Shown piece after piece: positions 1 to 13,679 of a DNA stretch of 64,000 nt; positions within the stretch are counted from its first letter, which is position 1, and each line of letters starts with the position of its first letter. The notes below the pieces were generated by a model that ran no database searches, was not told the origin of the DNA, and saw only the letters and a list, made by a program, of their open reading frames with translations. Source of the stretch: Octopus sinensis. Taxonomy: Eukaryota. Both the position numbers and the translations under genes were made by a program. The stretch is from NCBI RefSeq assembly GCF_006345805.1, contig NC_043016.1:4092001-4156000 (forward strand), in the 5' to 3' direction.

Positions 1-803
1 CTTATGTACATATTTATATGTGTGTGTGTGTGTATGTATGTATGTGAATGAATATATGTATATATTCACTTTATGTGTGTGTATAATATGTGTGTGTGTG
101 TGTGAGAATTCCTGATGTGCTCACATTGTTACTTTTCTTGAGTAATGATTGTTCTAGTGTTTTCTTTTCCCCTGAACACTGTCTCATAGCCCTGTGGCCA
201 ATTTTGTGGAATGACCTGTGGATAAGAAGAGAATCCAGTCATAAAATATTGCCTCAGTTATGCTCATTGAACCTCCCTTGTCAGAGGTAAAACCAAAGGA
301 GATGATTTTATTATTTTCCACACACTTGCTGAGTAATATAAATGCTTTACTAAATCTCTTTAAGTTCTTGGTGATTTTTCAAATGAATTGAAATGGGAAG
401 TGTATTCCTGTAGTTTTATGGTCAAGGAAAAGTTAATGGTTGAGTACCGGACAGAATGCTATAATGATACTAATACTGCACAGAACTATGTAGTTGATGA
501 GATATCTACTGAGAATCTAAATTTTGTCATGACCAAATTCTTTTGAATTGTTGAAATAACTGTAATTAGCTCTTAGATATTGGAATGATAAGTGGCTCAA
601 TGTACTACACAATAACAGTTCGATTGAAAATTGAATGTCATCATCGACATTGTGTGTCATGTCTGTTGAATCAGAAATGCCAAATGTTATCCAACAACAA
701 CAACAACAGTTAATAACAAAGAAAAAGTAGTGAATAATTTTGAGTGAGATTCATTGATTCATGAAAAAGTTTAAGAAAAATCTTCTTTTATGAAACTGGT
801 ACC

Positions 804-804
<1 letters not shown>

Positions 805-886
<82 letters not shown>
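805..886. repeat. Compound (GT)n(GA)n microsatellite
   Basis: Directly visible; it explains spurious ORFs 771-965 and 790-984. Confidence 0.95.
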
Positions 887-889
<3 letters not shown>

Positions 890-1547
890 AGGAGTGGGTA
901 TGTAATAATTCAAAAGAGTTTTTGATAGTGTATCTGAAAAACGTTTCTGCAAAAATTAAAAACAATCAGAGGGGATCTCAATAATATAAGCAAAATACTT
1001 TAACCCAGACCAGATGAATGATATGTAAGTTTTTATGCAGATATATTTGGTTGTTGTTGTCTGCTCTTTAGATGTGATGTATGAAACAAAGTTTTCTGTG
1101 TTATCCTTATTTTAACAACTGTATTCAGTTGTGATTGTAAGTACATCTGGTTTAATTTCTGATTGAAAATCTTCATCAAGTATTTTTGTGGTTTCCATAC
1201 TTGTCCAGTTTCTTTATTTTGAATTTCCCATTTTGCCAGATATGTAGATGTTTACTACAATGAACATTCCTTATAGATGAAATCCTCATTTGCGATTCAT
1301 GTGCACTGCCTTAATGGACGTGTAATGTTGTAAATTAATATCATAAAGGCTTAGCAGTATTTTCTCTGGCTTTATGTTCTGAGTTCAAATTCAACCAAAG
1401 TTGACTTTGCTTTTCATCCTTTCAGTTATATTCTGAAATGTTTTCTCCTTTTATTTTAGGATCACATGATAGACTTGGTACTTTGGGATTAGTTGATGAT
1501 CAGTTTATTTTTATTTTTTGTATCTTGGAATCATTAATACTACTTAC

Positions 1548-1581
<34 letters not shown>

Positions 1582-1582
<1 letters not shown>

Positions 1583-2690
1583 CATCATCATCGTTTAATG
1601 TCTGCTTTCCATGCTGGCATGGGTTGGACGGTTTGACTGAGGGCTGGCAAGCCAGAAGGCTGCACCAGATTCCAATCTGATCTGGCAAAGGATCTACAGC
1701 TGGATGCCCTTCCTAACACCAACCACTCCGAGAGTGTAGTGGGTACTTTTTACATGCCTGCGGCACAGGAGCCAGTCATATAGGTCTTTCAACAGTCACA
1801 TTTGAATAGTGCAATTTACATGCCACCGGTACGAGAACCAGTCAAGGAGTACTGACATCATCCACATTCGGATGGTGCTTTCTATGTGCCGCTGGCATGG
1901 GCCCCAGTCTTGGGGCACTAGCCACAGCTACGATTTTGGTTTTACTTGACTCAACAGGTCTTCTCAAGTATATCAAATCACCTGATGCATCAAGGGTGCT
2001 CTTAAATGGGCCAGATATGCAATACTGGCATTGGTCATGGCTGCAATCTCATTTTAGTTGCTGGATCTTTTCAATCACAGCATATTGCCAGAGGTCTCAG
2101 TCTCTTGTCATTGCCTCTATGAGGCCCAATGTTCGAAGGTCATGCTTTACCACCTCATCCCATGTTTTCCTGGGTCTACCTCTTCCACAGGTTCCTTTCA
2201 CAGTTAGGGTGTGGCACTTCCTCACACAGTTGTCCTCATCCATACGTCATACATGACCATACCAGCACAGTCATTTTACTTGCACACCACATTTGATGCT
2301 TCTTATGTCCAACTTTTCGCTGAAACTCTGTCGTGCATGCACACTGACATTAGACATCCAGTAAGTCATACTAGGTTCATTTCTTTGAAGCCTACACATG
2401 TCCTCAGCAGTCACGGCCCATGTTTCACTGCTGTGTAACATTGTAGTTCGCAAACATGCATCATACAGTCCACCTTTCACTCTGAGCGAGAGGCCTTTAG
2501 TTGCTAGCAGAGGTAGGAGCTCCCTGAACTTTGCTCAGGCTATTCTTATTCTAGCCACTATATTTTCAGAGCAACCACCCCCACTACAGACTTTGTTGCC
2601 TAGGTAGCGGAAGCTATCAACTACTTCTAGTTTTTCTCCCTGGCATGTGATGGAATCTGTTTCCTGTACATTTTCAGTGTTTATTGCCCC
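1582..2690 (-). mobile_element. 5'-truncated RTE-clade LINE: ORF2 C-terminus, long 3'UTR and (GAT)n tail
   Basis: Minus-strand peptides LEVVDSFRYLG...ARIRIA and LYDACLRTTMLHSSETWAVTAEDMCRLQRNE are typical of the RTE RT C-terminus. The (ATC)n run on + at about 1582-1591 is the tail. Confidence 0.85.
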
Positions 2691-3189
2691 TACACACACC
2701 CACACACATACATGAACTTGCAAACAAATGTGCACATATACATAGAACTATGTAAAAAACAAAAATGAAAACTGGTATTGGACTTTGGCTTTGTGATAAT
2801 GACTGAAAGTTGCAGGGGTATTTGATGAAAGCACTGCAGTGAGGAAGCAATGTGCTGATCTTATGACATTGTCTGACTTGACAAACATGCCATAATTGTT
2901 GGGTTGAAGGTGCCTTGGGGAGCACTTTAAAGAATATACTTGATATGAAGGATGTTTTATTAGAATATTATATAATACAAGGTGTTGCTCCAGCATGGCC
3001 ACAGTCAGATGACTGAAACAAGTAAAAGAATAAAAGAATACTGTTTGTATATACAAATACATGCATGTGTATGTATACATACGCATATGGATTTCTCTTT
3101 CTCTCACATTCTTTGTATGTATGTGTGTGTATATATATGTATGTATATATGTATATATATATCTACATACATAGTGAATATAAAGAGTT

Positions 3190-3485
3190 ATATAATCCAA
3201 GCTGTGTTCTTGTGAAGCACATCTGCAATGTATCATCATCATTATCATTCATATATATATATCTATATATATAAATGTTTTATGTTAAATGTGATATACA
3301 TAGCAATTGTTTGGTGAATTCACTTTGCAGTGTAATTACATAACAAAACTGAAGACTGGAAATATTTGGTATATTTTCAATTCCATGTTACATGTGTTTT
3401 ATTACGAGATAAGAGCTACAAAAGTATGCACATCGTAAAGAAAAAAATGTATAGAATCTCCTATCCATAATTCTTCAGACAGAAG
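3190..3485 (+). repeat. Old local duplication, copy 1 (copy 2 at about 4365-4628)
   Basis: Colinear shared blocks: aatccaagctgtgttc, ttgcagtgtaatt, agactggaa, agctacaaaa, tctcctat, aattcttcagacaga. Confidence 0.7.
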
Positions 3486-3649
3486 TTTAAGAATAATACA
3501 AATTTATTCTAGATGCTGCAGCAGTTTATAGTATTAAGCATTAATCAGGAGAATATGGAGAGATAGAGGATAAGTTTGAATGACTCTCATCATCTCTAAC
3601 TTTTTATCCTTTTTTTAACCCCTTATGTTCACCACACACACATGTAGAG

Positions 3650-3695
<46 letters not shown>

Positions 3696-4364
3696 TGATA
3701 TGTATGTATATAACTAATTCATTTACATATAAGAAATTTGTGTTTGTGATGAAGCTTGTACCAATTATTATATGTAATTTGATGTACTCAGTAAAATCAT
3801 AATTCTATCCTCTCCCAGACATTTATCTTTGTAAAGAATGTTAAGGATATTTTTCAATGTAAAATATTTGTCTAATTCTATTACAATTTTTAGTTGGTGT
3901 CATACTTGATTTCATTTCCTTTTTCTCAGCTATTACCATAATGTTCCCAGACTGTGAAACCTAGTTTCATACATACCTTCTCTTTTTCCTTCTCTTATAA
4001 TAATTTTTTTTTCCTGTTTAGTCCTGTTGCTTCTTAATTTTTTAACTGTAACATTTTGGAATAAATAACATCTATTTACATTTCTTTATTTCTCTTATCT
4101 TTAAGCAAGTCAAGTTGAAGACTAACAAGTTTTAGTTCAAGTTTCTTATCTATAAATCTAAATTTATGTTGAAAGTTGTTGAAAACCTTTAATTTTATTT
4201 TCAGTCTGAAGAAGTATCTGAACAGAATGTAATCATAATCTGGAATATATTATCAAACCCTTTACACAGTTTGTTTGTGACCTTCCCTGACTTCTTCACT
4301 CTGCTACACATTTTAACTTACACACACACATTATATATATATATATGCGTGTGTGCGTGGGGTT

Positions 4365-4628
4365 AAAATCCAAGCTGTGTTCCCTTGAAGCATATCTGCT
4401 TATCCCAGTTTTCCGAATCAGTATGCAGATGTTATATTTGTGTGAGGCATGCATAAGAGCTGACAGTTCTGGAAAATATTTTTTGCAGTGTAATTCTATA
4501 TTAAAACAGGAGACTGGAAGCATTTTTGGCATTATTTATTTACCATTACACTTGTTTCAATAGCTACAAAATTGTACATGTGATAGAAACATGTAAGATA
4601 TCTCCTATTGGAAATTCTTCAGACAGAG
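4365..4628 (+). repeat. Old local duplication, copy 2
   Basis: Same colinear blocks as 3190-3485. Confidence 0.7.
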
Positions 4629-4689
4629 AATCAAATATATGTGTGTGTGTGTGTATGTGTGTGTGTATTGGTACTCTGTCAGGTACAAA

Positions 4690-4962
4690 GATGAAGGATA
4701 CATTTAATCTGATCAACAGAAGAGTTTGCTTGTGAAATCATTGTGCAAGTAGCTGAGCTCTCCATAGACATGCATACCCTTAACATAGTTCTCAGGGAGA
4801 TTCAGTGTGATACAGAGTGCAACAAGGCTGGCTTGTTTTTGCCAGCCGAGTGGCCTGGAGCAGTGAGAAATAAAGTGTCTTGCTCAAGGGTACAGCATAC
4901 TGCTGGGAATCAAACTCACAACCTTATGATCGTGTGCCAAATGCCCCTACCCACTAAGCCAC
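4690..4962 (-). mobile_element. tRNA-derived SINE (family also at about 42016-42210)
   Basis: Minus strand reads tggcttagtggg (A box) and gtgagtttgattccc (B box); the body is shared with 42016-42210. Confidence 0.7.
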
Positions 4963-6127
4963 ATACCTACACACACACACACGCACATGCACATACATTG
5001 CATGCATGCACTCACATGTATTAATGTACCATTCCCTACTCATACAAACCTAATCTCTGTGAAACAGAATGTTATTTTATTTTGCATATTTTTATACTCA
5101 CTGATTTTGCTTTCTTAGAAGTTGGTTGGTTCTCCAGAATTGTTGAAGCAAAAAAAAGCCCAGAGGCACTCCTTACTATCAGTTATTAAAAATTAAATAT
5201 AATGTGACGTAGGTTGTCTGTTTTCAACTAAGCTTTGTATAGCAAATAAAGTTGTTTGCTTTTAGTTGAGAGCACAGTTAACCACTGGTATTTGTACAGA
5301 TTAGTTTTTTCAGATGTAATACCTTTGTGACTAGAATTAATAACATGTTGTTTGAAATCAGTTGTCAACATTAATGACCAACTGATATAAAATTAGAAAC
5401 ATCAATATTTACTGCCTCTTGTTAAATCTCAATAGGTAAATTACTAAACTGTCTAGATTAGAAGAGAATTTGGTTTATTTTATCATATTATTATTGCTCA
5501 GACATGTCACCAGAGGTGGTGCCTTTAGATTTGCTTATGCTAAATTCTTGCCAATAACATTTGTTAATTATCTTTGAAGCATTACTTTATGTAGTTGGGT
5601 CTTACTAAAATAATACTGATAAAAAAAAAATTAAAATTCTTTACTCTGTAAAATACAGTGCAAATGGTAAGAGTCTACCTTCTTAACTGGTCTGTATTTG
5701 GTTTATTTGGTTTCATCATATTCAGTATTAATGTTTTCTGAAAGTAATATTTTTCATTATAGACTGCCTTTGTGAATAGATGTAATAGTTCTATTTTGTC
5801 TACTGTTTCTATTTGTTAATTTTACGAGTGTTTCCTGAAGTATTATATTAGTTAATGAAAATATTCCTTTAAACTTATCCTCCCACACACATTAAGAAAA
5901 AAAAATGAGGAAAAGGAAGGAAGAAAGAAAAATTTAGTCTTTGTAATCAAACAGTAATATATATACTTTCTGAATATCTTAGCCATTTCAAAAACCTGCC
6001 TTGAGACAGTGGCCCAGCTATTTTGCTTGATTTTCTCTTTCACTCTAAAGGAACTTGTTGAATTCTGGCTTTAACACACAAGAACTAACATACTGAAATT
6101 AACAATTACGTTGACTTACTAAAATTA

Positions 6128-8348
6128 CACTGGTCAATAAAATGAAACTGTTTTTAATCATCAGAGTTGCTGATTGACTTATCTGGATTAATTTTTGATG
6201 CTGATTACGAATCTGAAGTGCGATTTTCTCCATCAGGTCACATTTTCATGTTAATGATACCTGCTGTTCTAACTTATAGGATACGCAAAGCATGTCTATA
6301 TAAAGTATATTGAATACAAGATACAATAATTTCATGGCTTTTTATTGCACGAAATTAAAATTATTGTGTACAAATAAGTTAGAATACACTCAAATGCGTA
6401 ACAACTTGAAATCTTTGGGATTTGGACTTTCTATGGTGTTTTGTCTTAGGTTCATCCCTGTATAACATCCAACAGTAGTCAGCTAACATTACTGCATTCC
6501 AAAATCTTTGATATCGTTGTTTCAACGATGCAATATCTTGATGAAAGTGTTCCTCTTGCACATCAGACACTGCTCCAAGGTTCTCTGCAAAAAAATCCAG
6601 ATGTGAATCAAGGAAATGGACTTTTAGTGACATCCGTCAGCCCATTGCAGCGTAGGAGTCTAGAAGACATTTCACTCCATTTCTAAATTCTAGAGATCTC
6701 TTGTTGCCTAGGAAATTTTCACAGAGCCATTTGAAGGATTCCCAGGCTTTAAGCTCAATCTCATCCAGTGCTGTTAGGAAGTGGTTGTCCTTCAGGAGTT
6801 CTTTTATCTGCGGACCTATGAATATCCCCTCCTTCAGTTTTGCCTCGGTGATTTTTGGAAATTTGGCCTTCACATATTCAAAACCTTTTGACCTTTGCCT
6901 GGCAGATGTCTTCACGAATTGTTTCATGAGGTTAAGCTTTATGTGAAGAGGGGGAAGAAGAACATTTTCTGGGTTTAAAAGTGGCTTACTCTGGACGCTA
7001 AAAACCCCCGGCTCATGATTTTCGCAAAGGCCGCTTTGGTTGCACATAGTACTTGTTAGTTGCATGTCTGTCCCATAGGCATAAAAAGCAACAATATTTT
7101 GTGAACCCAGATTGCATTCCCATCAACATTACAATCACCTCCAAGTCTCCACATATTTTCCAGCTGTAGTCTGTATACTTTATGGCTTTGAGGAGTACTT
7201 GCATGTGTTCATAACACTCCTTCGTGTACACTGAATGTCCTATGGGAATGGATGGTTTCTTATTGCCAGTGTGTAGTAGTACTGCCTTGAGGCTTCTCTT
7301 AGATGAATCAATGAATAAGTGCCATTCGGCTGGAACATGCTCTTGGAACAAACAGCGAAATAACTCATCAGTGTTATTACTGAAACAAAGTGGTCCATCA
7401 ACAGGGAAGCATAAAGTCAGATCCCTGTATCTCTTCCTGAAATGAGTAATACAAACATCTTTCTTAAGCTCTTTTCTTGTGGTCTTTCGACAATGACAAG
7501 TCTCTAACTAAATCCTTTGACTCTCCTTGAGAAAATTTCTGTGGTATGTCTTCATTTTCAATTGTGAAATCTGCATCCACTTCAGTGTCTTCCTCAGCAG
7601 TAGTATTTTCTTCAGGAAATACATCTTTGTCAGACATCTGAAGGCCATTTTCTGGTGGTATTGAAAAAGGAAGATCATCATCGTTGTGTGGTACTGGTGT
7701 TCTTGTTGGTTCCAAGTTGGGATACACAATCTCATGCTTGGTCTTTACAGTAAACCCACATACATTAACGTTGCAGAAATAACAGTCCATGAAATGATTT
7801 TTTGGCTCTCTCCATATCAAAGGTATTGTAAATGGCATTGCTCTCTTCCTCTTGTTTAGCCAATCCCTTAGTCCAAGCTGAGCAGATGATGTGCAGGGCC
7901 CATCTCTTATCTTTTTCTGGTTGATCTTCTGGTAGATCTTTTTGATTTCATTTGTGATGGCAAGTTGCTGAGCTTTGGTGGTAAATGAACCACAGACATG
8001 ACAAAATATATCAGGACTGTTCTTGCAATGCCTTGACATCCTGAGTAGAATTTGATGATGATGACGACTTGGCACCTTAAACTGAAAGGGAAATTTATGA
8101 AAAGAAAAGATTATGAAAACATAAAATTACAAAATGAATACAATTATTTATAAAACAGAAGTCAGAATTTACCTGTATAAGACGTTTACGTGTAGCGATG
8201 CTGCTGATGGGAGTTATGTACCTCTCTTATTTCATCAGAAAAACTGTGCCTCATACAAGGAAACCGATTGCATTTTTGAAATCTGCGGACAAAACTACAT
8301 ATAAAACACCATATAATATCCCTGATGAAAATTGGCTGTTGACCAGTG
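6128..8348 (-). mobile_element. Full-length Chapaev3-type (CMC superfamily) DNA transposon, 2221 bp
   Basis: Perfect 10-bp TIRs CACTGGTCAA (6128-6137) and TTGACCAGTG (8339-8348); TTA TSD at 6125-6127 and 8349-8351; internal transposase motifs. Confidence 0.85.
6379..8039 (-). pseudogene. Frameshifted Chapaev3-like transposase (about 550 codons in at least 4 frames)
   Basis: MSRHCKNSPDIFCHVCG, WREPKNHFMDCYFC, WHLFIDSSKRSLKAVLLH, ICGDLEV, TKYCCFLCLWD, LLPPLHIKLNLMKQFVK, KLKEGIFIGPQI, MSLKVHFLDSHLDFF, MLADYCW. The family name is from recall of these motifs plus CAC termini and a TWA TSD. Confidence 0.85.
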
Positions 8349-8924
8349 TTATTAAACATCCAAGGAAAATTTTGTTTTTAATAAGTAGTTAGTCATTATT
8401 ATAAAGGTAATTCAAGTAGATATTTCATTTATTTTTGTTTCCATTGCCTCAGCTTTTATTTACTAGAAAACACAATTATTGGTTTCTTATTCAGGAACCT
8501 AATATGTATGATAGATTAAAACAGCAAGACTGTTCTTATTGGTACTCGTTTTATTGATTCTCACCTCCCCCCACATGCACACAACATAAGATGGAGTCAG
8601 TTATTGTGGGATTATTTTTATTTATTTATTTCAATTCACATTTTATTAAAAATAACATCAATTGTCAGAGCTGATCACTGTTTTATTGCGTTTGGAAGGC
8701 AACAGTGACATGGTAGTTTCTGTGAAACTTGGGCAATTTTTGCTTTTTTGTATAAACCGTCAGTTGGTCACTTTTCTTGCTAACATTTTAATCTTTGACT
8801 GGTATACATTTAATGAAAGATATATATATACATACATTTACATAAAATCATGTATACCCCCCCACACACACTATTTAAGGGGTATGAGCGTTTCACACTT
8901 ACATTTATACATTCCTCCTCCCAA

Positions 8925-9062
8925 ATTCACTCACAGGGCTTAGGTTGGCCTGAGGCTTATAGGAGACACTTGCCCAGTGTGTTGCACAGTAGGACTGTAC
9001 CTGAAGCCACATGGATGGGAAGCACACTCCTTACCCACATGGCTCTGCCATACAAATAGTGC
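8925..9062 (-). mobile_element. tRNA-derived SINE head (main family, as 26916-27370)
   Basis: Reverse complement aligns to the SINE 5' part at 27230-27370. Confidence 0.65.
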
Positions 9063-9974
9063 TTCACATGCACACACGCACATGCAGTATGTATATGTGT
9101 GTGTGTGTGTGTATGTATGTGTGTATATATAAAATTTCCACTGACCAAATTTTGCATACAAAGTATTGGCTAACCTGAGACCGTAGCAGACAACACTTGC
9201 TTGAGGTACAAAAGAAAAAAAAAAAAATAATAGAGATATTTAACACAGAATGATGTGGTGGTGAAATAAACGTCTAAACTACATAACCATGCCCGTTATA
9301 GTTTGGAACTTTGATGAATGAAATTGAATCTTCTAATGTATCATGTCGTTCTCTTCTGTCTCGACCAATTCCGTTGGCTCTATTTCTTCTGAATAGTAAT
9401 ATTAGACTGAAATGATTCTAATGTCATGTTGTCTATTGAAATGTATAAAAGTAATTAAAAATTGAGTGTTAGTTAAGGTGCTGAAAGATATGAATAATAT
9501 TATTAAAATATAATTTAAAAAAGTAAGTAAAGAATTATATTCCGTCAATGTCACATGTTTGGTCTTTTGTCATCAACTCGCTGGCTGTTTTTCTTTCATT
9601 TTTTTTCTTTTCTCCACCCCTCCTCCCTCCATGTCTGTTGTTGCTTACACTGTAAGTAGATATTCCATACAGGTGTTATATACTGAAATTTCTTTTCTAA
9701 AACTCTGATGTGGTATTTGTATTCAATTTTCTCTCTCTTTCAAATATTTCCTTCTCCCTATCTTGTTTGCACACACACACACACACATATATATTATATA
9801 AACCCATGCCAGCATGGAAAGCAGACATTAAACTGATGATGATGATGATGTGTGTGTTGCCACTGTGGAGTTTCACCTATGTAGTTACAGGGCTATCAGG
9901 CAAGTTATAACTTGCCTAACGATCCTGGAAGTACACTGGTGAAATTCCAGAGTAGTAAGAGATTAACTCAACCA

Positions 9975-10044
<70 letters not shown>

Positions 10045-10047
<3 letters not shown>

Positions 10048-10247
10048 GGGGTGCTGAAAAGTTCCTGGCTTTGGGTGAAAGAAAATAGAGGAGGATCAGT
10101 CAATTATGATTTTGTTCAACAGATTCACACACTTATTGCAGTGGTCCTTCAGTTTTTCTAATCCCTGTAAAAGAACTCAGAAAGTTGGGCTTCCAACCAG
10201 GCCTTTCGTGATACCCTTAAACCCAGGAACTTTTCAGCATCCCCCTT
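10045..10247. mobile_element. Mariner-type MITE (about 200 bp)
   Basis: About 28-bp imperfect TIRs gagggggtgctgaaaagttcctggcttt and aaacccaggaacttttcagcatccccct. No intact TA TSD. Confidence 0.65.
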
Positions 10248-10249
10248 GA

Positions 10250-12400
10250 TCATCATCATCATCATTTAACATCTGTTTTCCATGCTGGCATGGTTTGGAC
10301 AATTTGATAGGAGCTGGTCATCTGAAGAGCTGCTCAAGCTCCCTGTCTGTTGTGGCTTGGTTTCTATGGCTGGATGCCCTTCTAATGCCAACCACTTTAC
10401 AGAGTGTACTGGGTGCTTTTCTGCAGCACCAGCATGTGTGTGCTTACATGTTTTTTATGTGGAACCAGCACTCACAAGCCCACAAGATTAGGAATGTCCA
10501 GCTGGAGAGGGAGGCAAGGCACATGCCTGCATGCAAAAACTACCAAGCTTTTAGTTAGCTTGATGTGTCTTCAAGAACAGCAAGCGTCAGCAGTCTCATA
10601 CCTCTGTCAACCCTTCTGTGAGGCCTAGTGTCTGAAGATCTTTTCTCACCACTTTGTCCCACATCCTCCTGGGTTTACTTTTTTCACATGTCCTCTCCAC
10701 AATTTGAGCTCAGCACTTCTTTATGCAACTGCCTTCATTCATATGCATAACATGACCGTACCAGCACAATCTTCTCTCTTGCACACCACATCTGATACCT
10801 TATATACTCAGTTTTTCCCCCAGATCTCTTACAGCCTGTCATATATGCACACTGACATTACCCATTCAGTGGAACATACTGACTTCATTTCTTTCAAGCC
10901 CTCACATTTACTCAGTAATCTATTTTTTTACTACCCACAAGGGGCTAAATACAGAGGGGACAAACAAGGACAGACAAACGGATTAAGTCGATTATATCGA
11001 CTCCAGTGCATAACTGGTACTTATTTAATTGACCCCGAAAGGATGAAAGGCAAAGTCGACCTTGGCAGAATTTGAACTCAGAACGTAACGGCAGACGAAA
11101 TACGGCTACGCATTTCGCCCAGCGTGCTAACGTTCAGAGCCCATTTTACACTGCCATGTAGCATAGCTGTTTGTATTGAGGCATCATACAATCTGCTTTT
11201 CACTCTGCAGGAGAGGCCTTTGTTACTAACAGAGGTAGTAGCTCTCTGAATTTTGTCCAGCCCATTCTCACAGCTATGCTTTCAGAACAACCTCCACCAC
11301 TGCTAACTTGGTCACCTAAGTAACAGAAAGTGTCTACTACTTCTTAGGATACACCCTGACATTTGAGGGAATCTATTTTTTTGTACATTCCTGGTGTTTA
11401 ATGTCCCTGCACATCTCCCAAATGTAAAGACTACTTTCTCTGTTAATCTTCCAGTGATACTGTTGCACCTCTTGACTTACTCTAAGTGCACTGTATAGAG
11501 TTTCTCTCAGCATCTTTTCTACATATTGAGCAGGGCCATCGCCCTGAAGGAATCTGTGATTTGTCTGTTTTCCTACTTATCAAGACTTTGGCCCTCCTAA
11601 ATTAACTCTAAAGCCATTTGATTCCAGACCTTGCTTCCTTCCTGAAATTCCTTCTCTACTTCTGGTTGCAATTCAATAATGAGAACAAGGTCATCAGCAT
11701 AAAGGTGCTCTCAATGGCATCCAGTCTTAAATTCCTCAGTTGTAGCCTGGAGGGTTATGGTAAACAAGAGGGGGGTTAAAAACCAATCCTGGGTAGACAC
11801 CTATTTTTACACTAAATTCCTTGTTATACTCACTGGTGACTTTCACCTTACTGATAGCATCCCTGCACATGGCTTTTACAGCTCTCATCAACCACTTGTC
11901 TATCCCTTACATCTGCATTGACCACCAAATAAGGGAGTTGGAGTCTCTGTCAAAAGCTTTCTCCATGTCAACTAAAGCCGGATACAGAGATTCAGTTTTG
12001 GTTAAGTATTTCACCAGCAGTTGCCTCACCAGGAAGATCGTATCAGTGGAGCTTCTCTCTAGCACAGACCCAAATTGCATCTCATCTACACTAACTCTCT
12101 CCCTAATTAATTGAGCTATGTCCCTTTCTGCAACTTTCATCACCTGGTCCAGCAATTTGATGCCTTTATAATTATTTCTATCTCGGACATCACTTTTGCC
12201 TTTGTAGCAGTTGACTACAATGCTGCTTCACCAATAATTGGTCATGACTCCCTTGTGGACAACCTGACAACTATGTGGGTGACTAAGCTATTTCCCACTC
12301 CACCAGATATTTTAAGCCTCTCAGCAGCAACTTCTGATGGGCCGGTGGCTTTCCCTTGTCTTCATATGACTTAACTGCTGGATCTACATTAAGTAGGCTC
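10250..12400 (-). mobile_element. Decayed RTE LINE (RT region to 3'UTR and tail), interrupted by a SINE
   Basis: Minus peptide VDEMQFGSVLERSSTDTIFLVRQL...LVDMEKAFDR (RT motifs); 3'UTR and (GAT)n tail at 10250-10450. Confidence 0.8.
10920..11134 (-). mobile_element. Young tRNA-derived SINE with a Meta-domain-like core, inserted in the RTE
   Basis: CpGs retained. Minus strand gttctgagttcaaattc (B box) then gtcgactttgcctttcatcctttcggggtcaattaaataagtaccag. Related copies at about 1340-1430, 55610-55800 and 62850-63050. The Meta-domain label is from recall. Confidence 0.75.
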
Positions 12401-13029
12401 TCCTTCTCCCATACATTCTCTACATATAGCAACCTTCTATAGTAGCACTTCCAAGCCATCTTCTTTGCAGAATCACTAACTCTCTCTCTCTCTGTATATA
12501 TATATATATTTATATATATATATATATATATGCGCACATACATACATGCATACACATATGTAAACGTTGCACAAAATGAAGAAGTCATATGTTAGGTAAG
12601 TATTTTCACTGTATCTGCTGTTGTGAGAGGAATTTCATAGACAAAAACTGAATGGAAGCCCATCGTGTGTGTGCATGCATGGCATGTGTATGTCGGAATA
12701 GTGACACTCAAGTAAAGGGTCAAAATGACAAGCACATATGAGTGAAGATCTGGTCCATTACATGAATTATTTTATTAAATAAATTTTGCACGTTTGTGTG
12801 TATTTGGCCTTTTGTCTGCTTAAAGCAATACAGTGTTGAGGCAGAATGTTAAGTCAACCAGTCAGTAAGATAAAGACTGATAACATAAATACTAAAGTTC
12901 TTTCGTCACTCTACATAATTAGAAGCATTGATAATGATGTCTCAATGTGACTCTAATGCCATGGCCATGGTTAGACATTTATTTCAGAGCGCTAGGATCC
13001 TAGGTTGATCTCAATTTCATCATCTTCAT

Positions 13030-13190
13030 TCTTTACTATCTGTTTTCTATGTTGGTATGTATTGGTCAGTTTGAGAGGATTCAACAGGTCCAAGAGCTGC
13101 GTTATATTCTAAAGTCAGCTTTAGCATAGTTATTACAACTGGATGCTTTTCCTGCCACCAACCACTCTACAGAGCATACTGAGTGTGTCT
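13030..13190 (-). mobile_element. RTE 3'UTR fragment
   Basis: ctggatgcttttcctgccacaaccactctacagag matches the other 3'UTR copies. Confidence 0.55.
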
Positions 13191-13305
13191 TCTTTATAAG
13201 GAACTCGCATTAATGAGGTCACCATGTAGCTTGAATTGGGTAACAGCAGAGAGGGAGTCCACTTTGCCAGGTGTTGAGAGTATAAGAAGCTGGAACCAAG
13301 TTTCA

Positions 13306-13652
13306 TGTTGTAGAAAACTTATACAGCTACTTGCATTATATGTGCAGGTACAGGCATGGATATATGTTTCAGATATTCACTTTGAACCTGTATGGTTTCA
13401 GGTTGTATGTATATATGTATGCACTTGTGTGTATGCATTATATCACACGTTCAGATGGTGTGCCTTCGCCAATAACCTACCTCTACTCAACTACCAAACT
13501 CTCTCTTCCGACGACTCGACTCAACAGAACTCGACATCTAGTCTACCGACAGCTCCGGCTTGCTCTACATGACACTTCTCGTCTAGCTATCACGTCCACT
13601 ATTTATACGTATTGGACTACCTTACTTATTGTCTGGGGGCGTCCACACAACA
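13306..13652 (-). mobile_element. Possible solo LTR or other young TE fragment
   Basis: CpG-rich non-coding block bounded by TGTTGT...ACAACA, with TATAAATAG on the minus strand. No TSD found. Confidence 0.3.
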
Positions 13653-13679
13653 GTATGTGTGTATGTGTATATATATGGT

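Noticed and set aside
390-548. About 50-codon open stretch (KWEVYSCSF...TKFF)
   Set aside because: No recognisable homology or clear splice sites.
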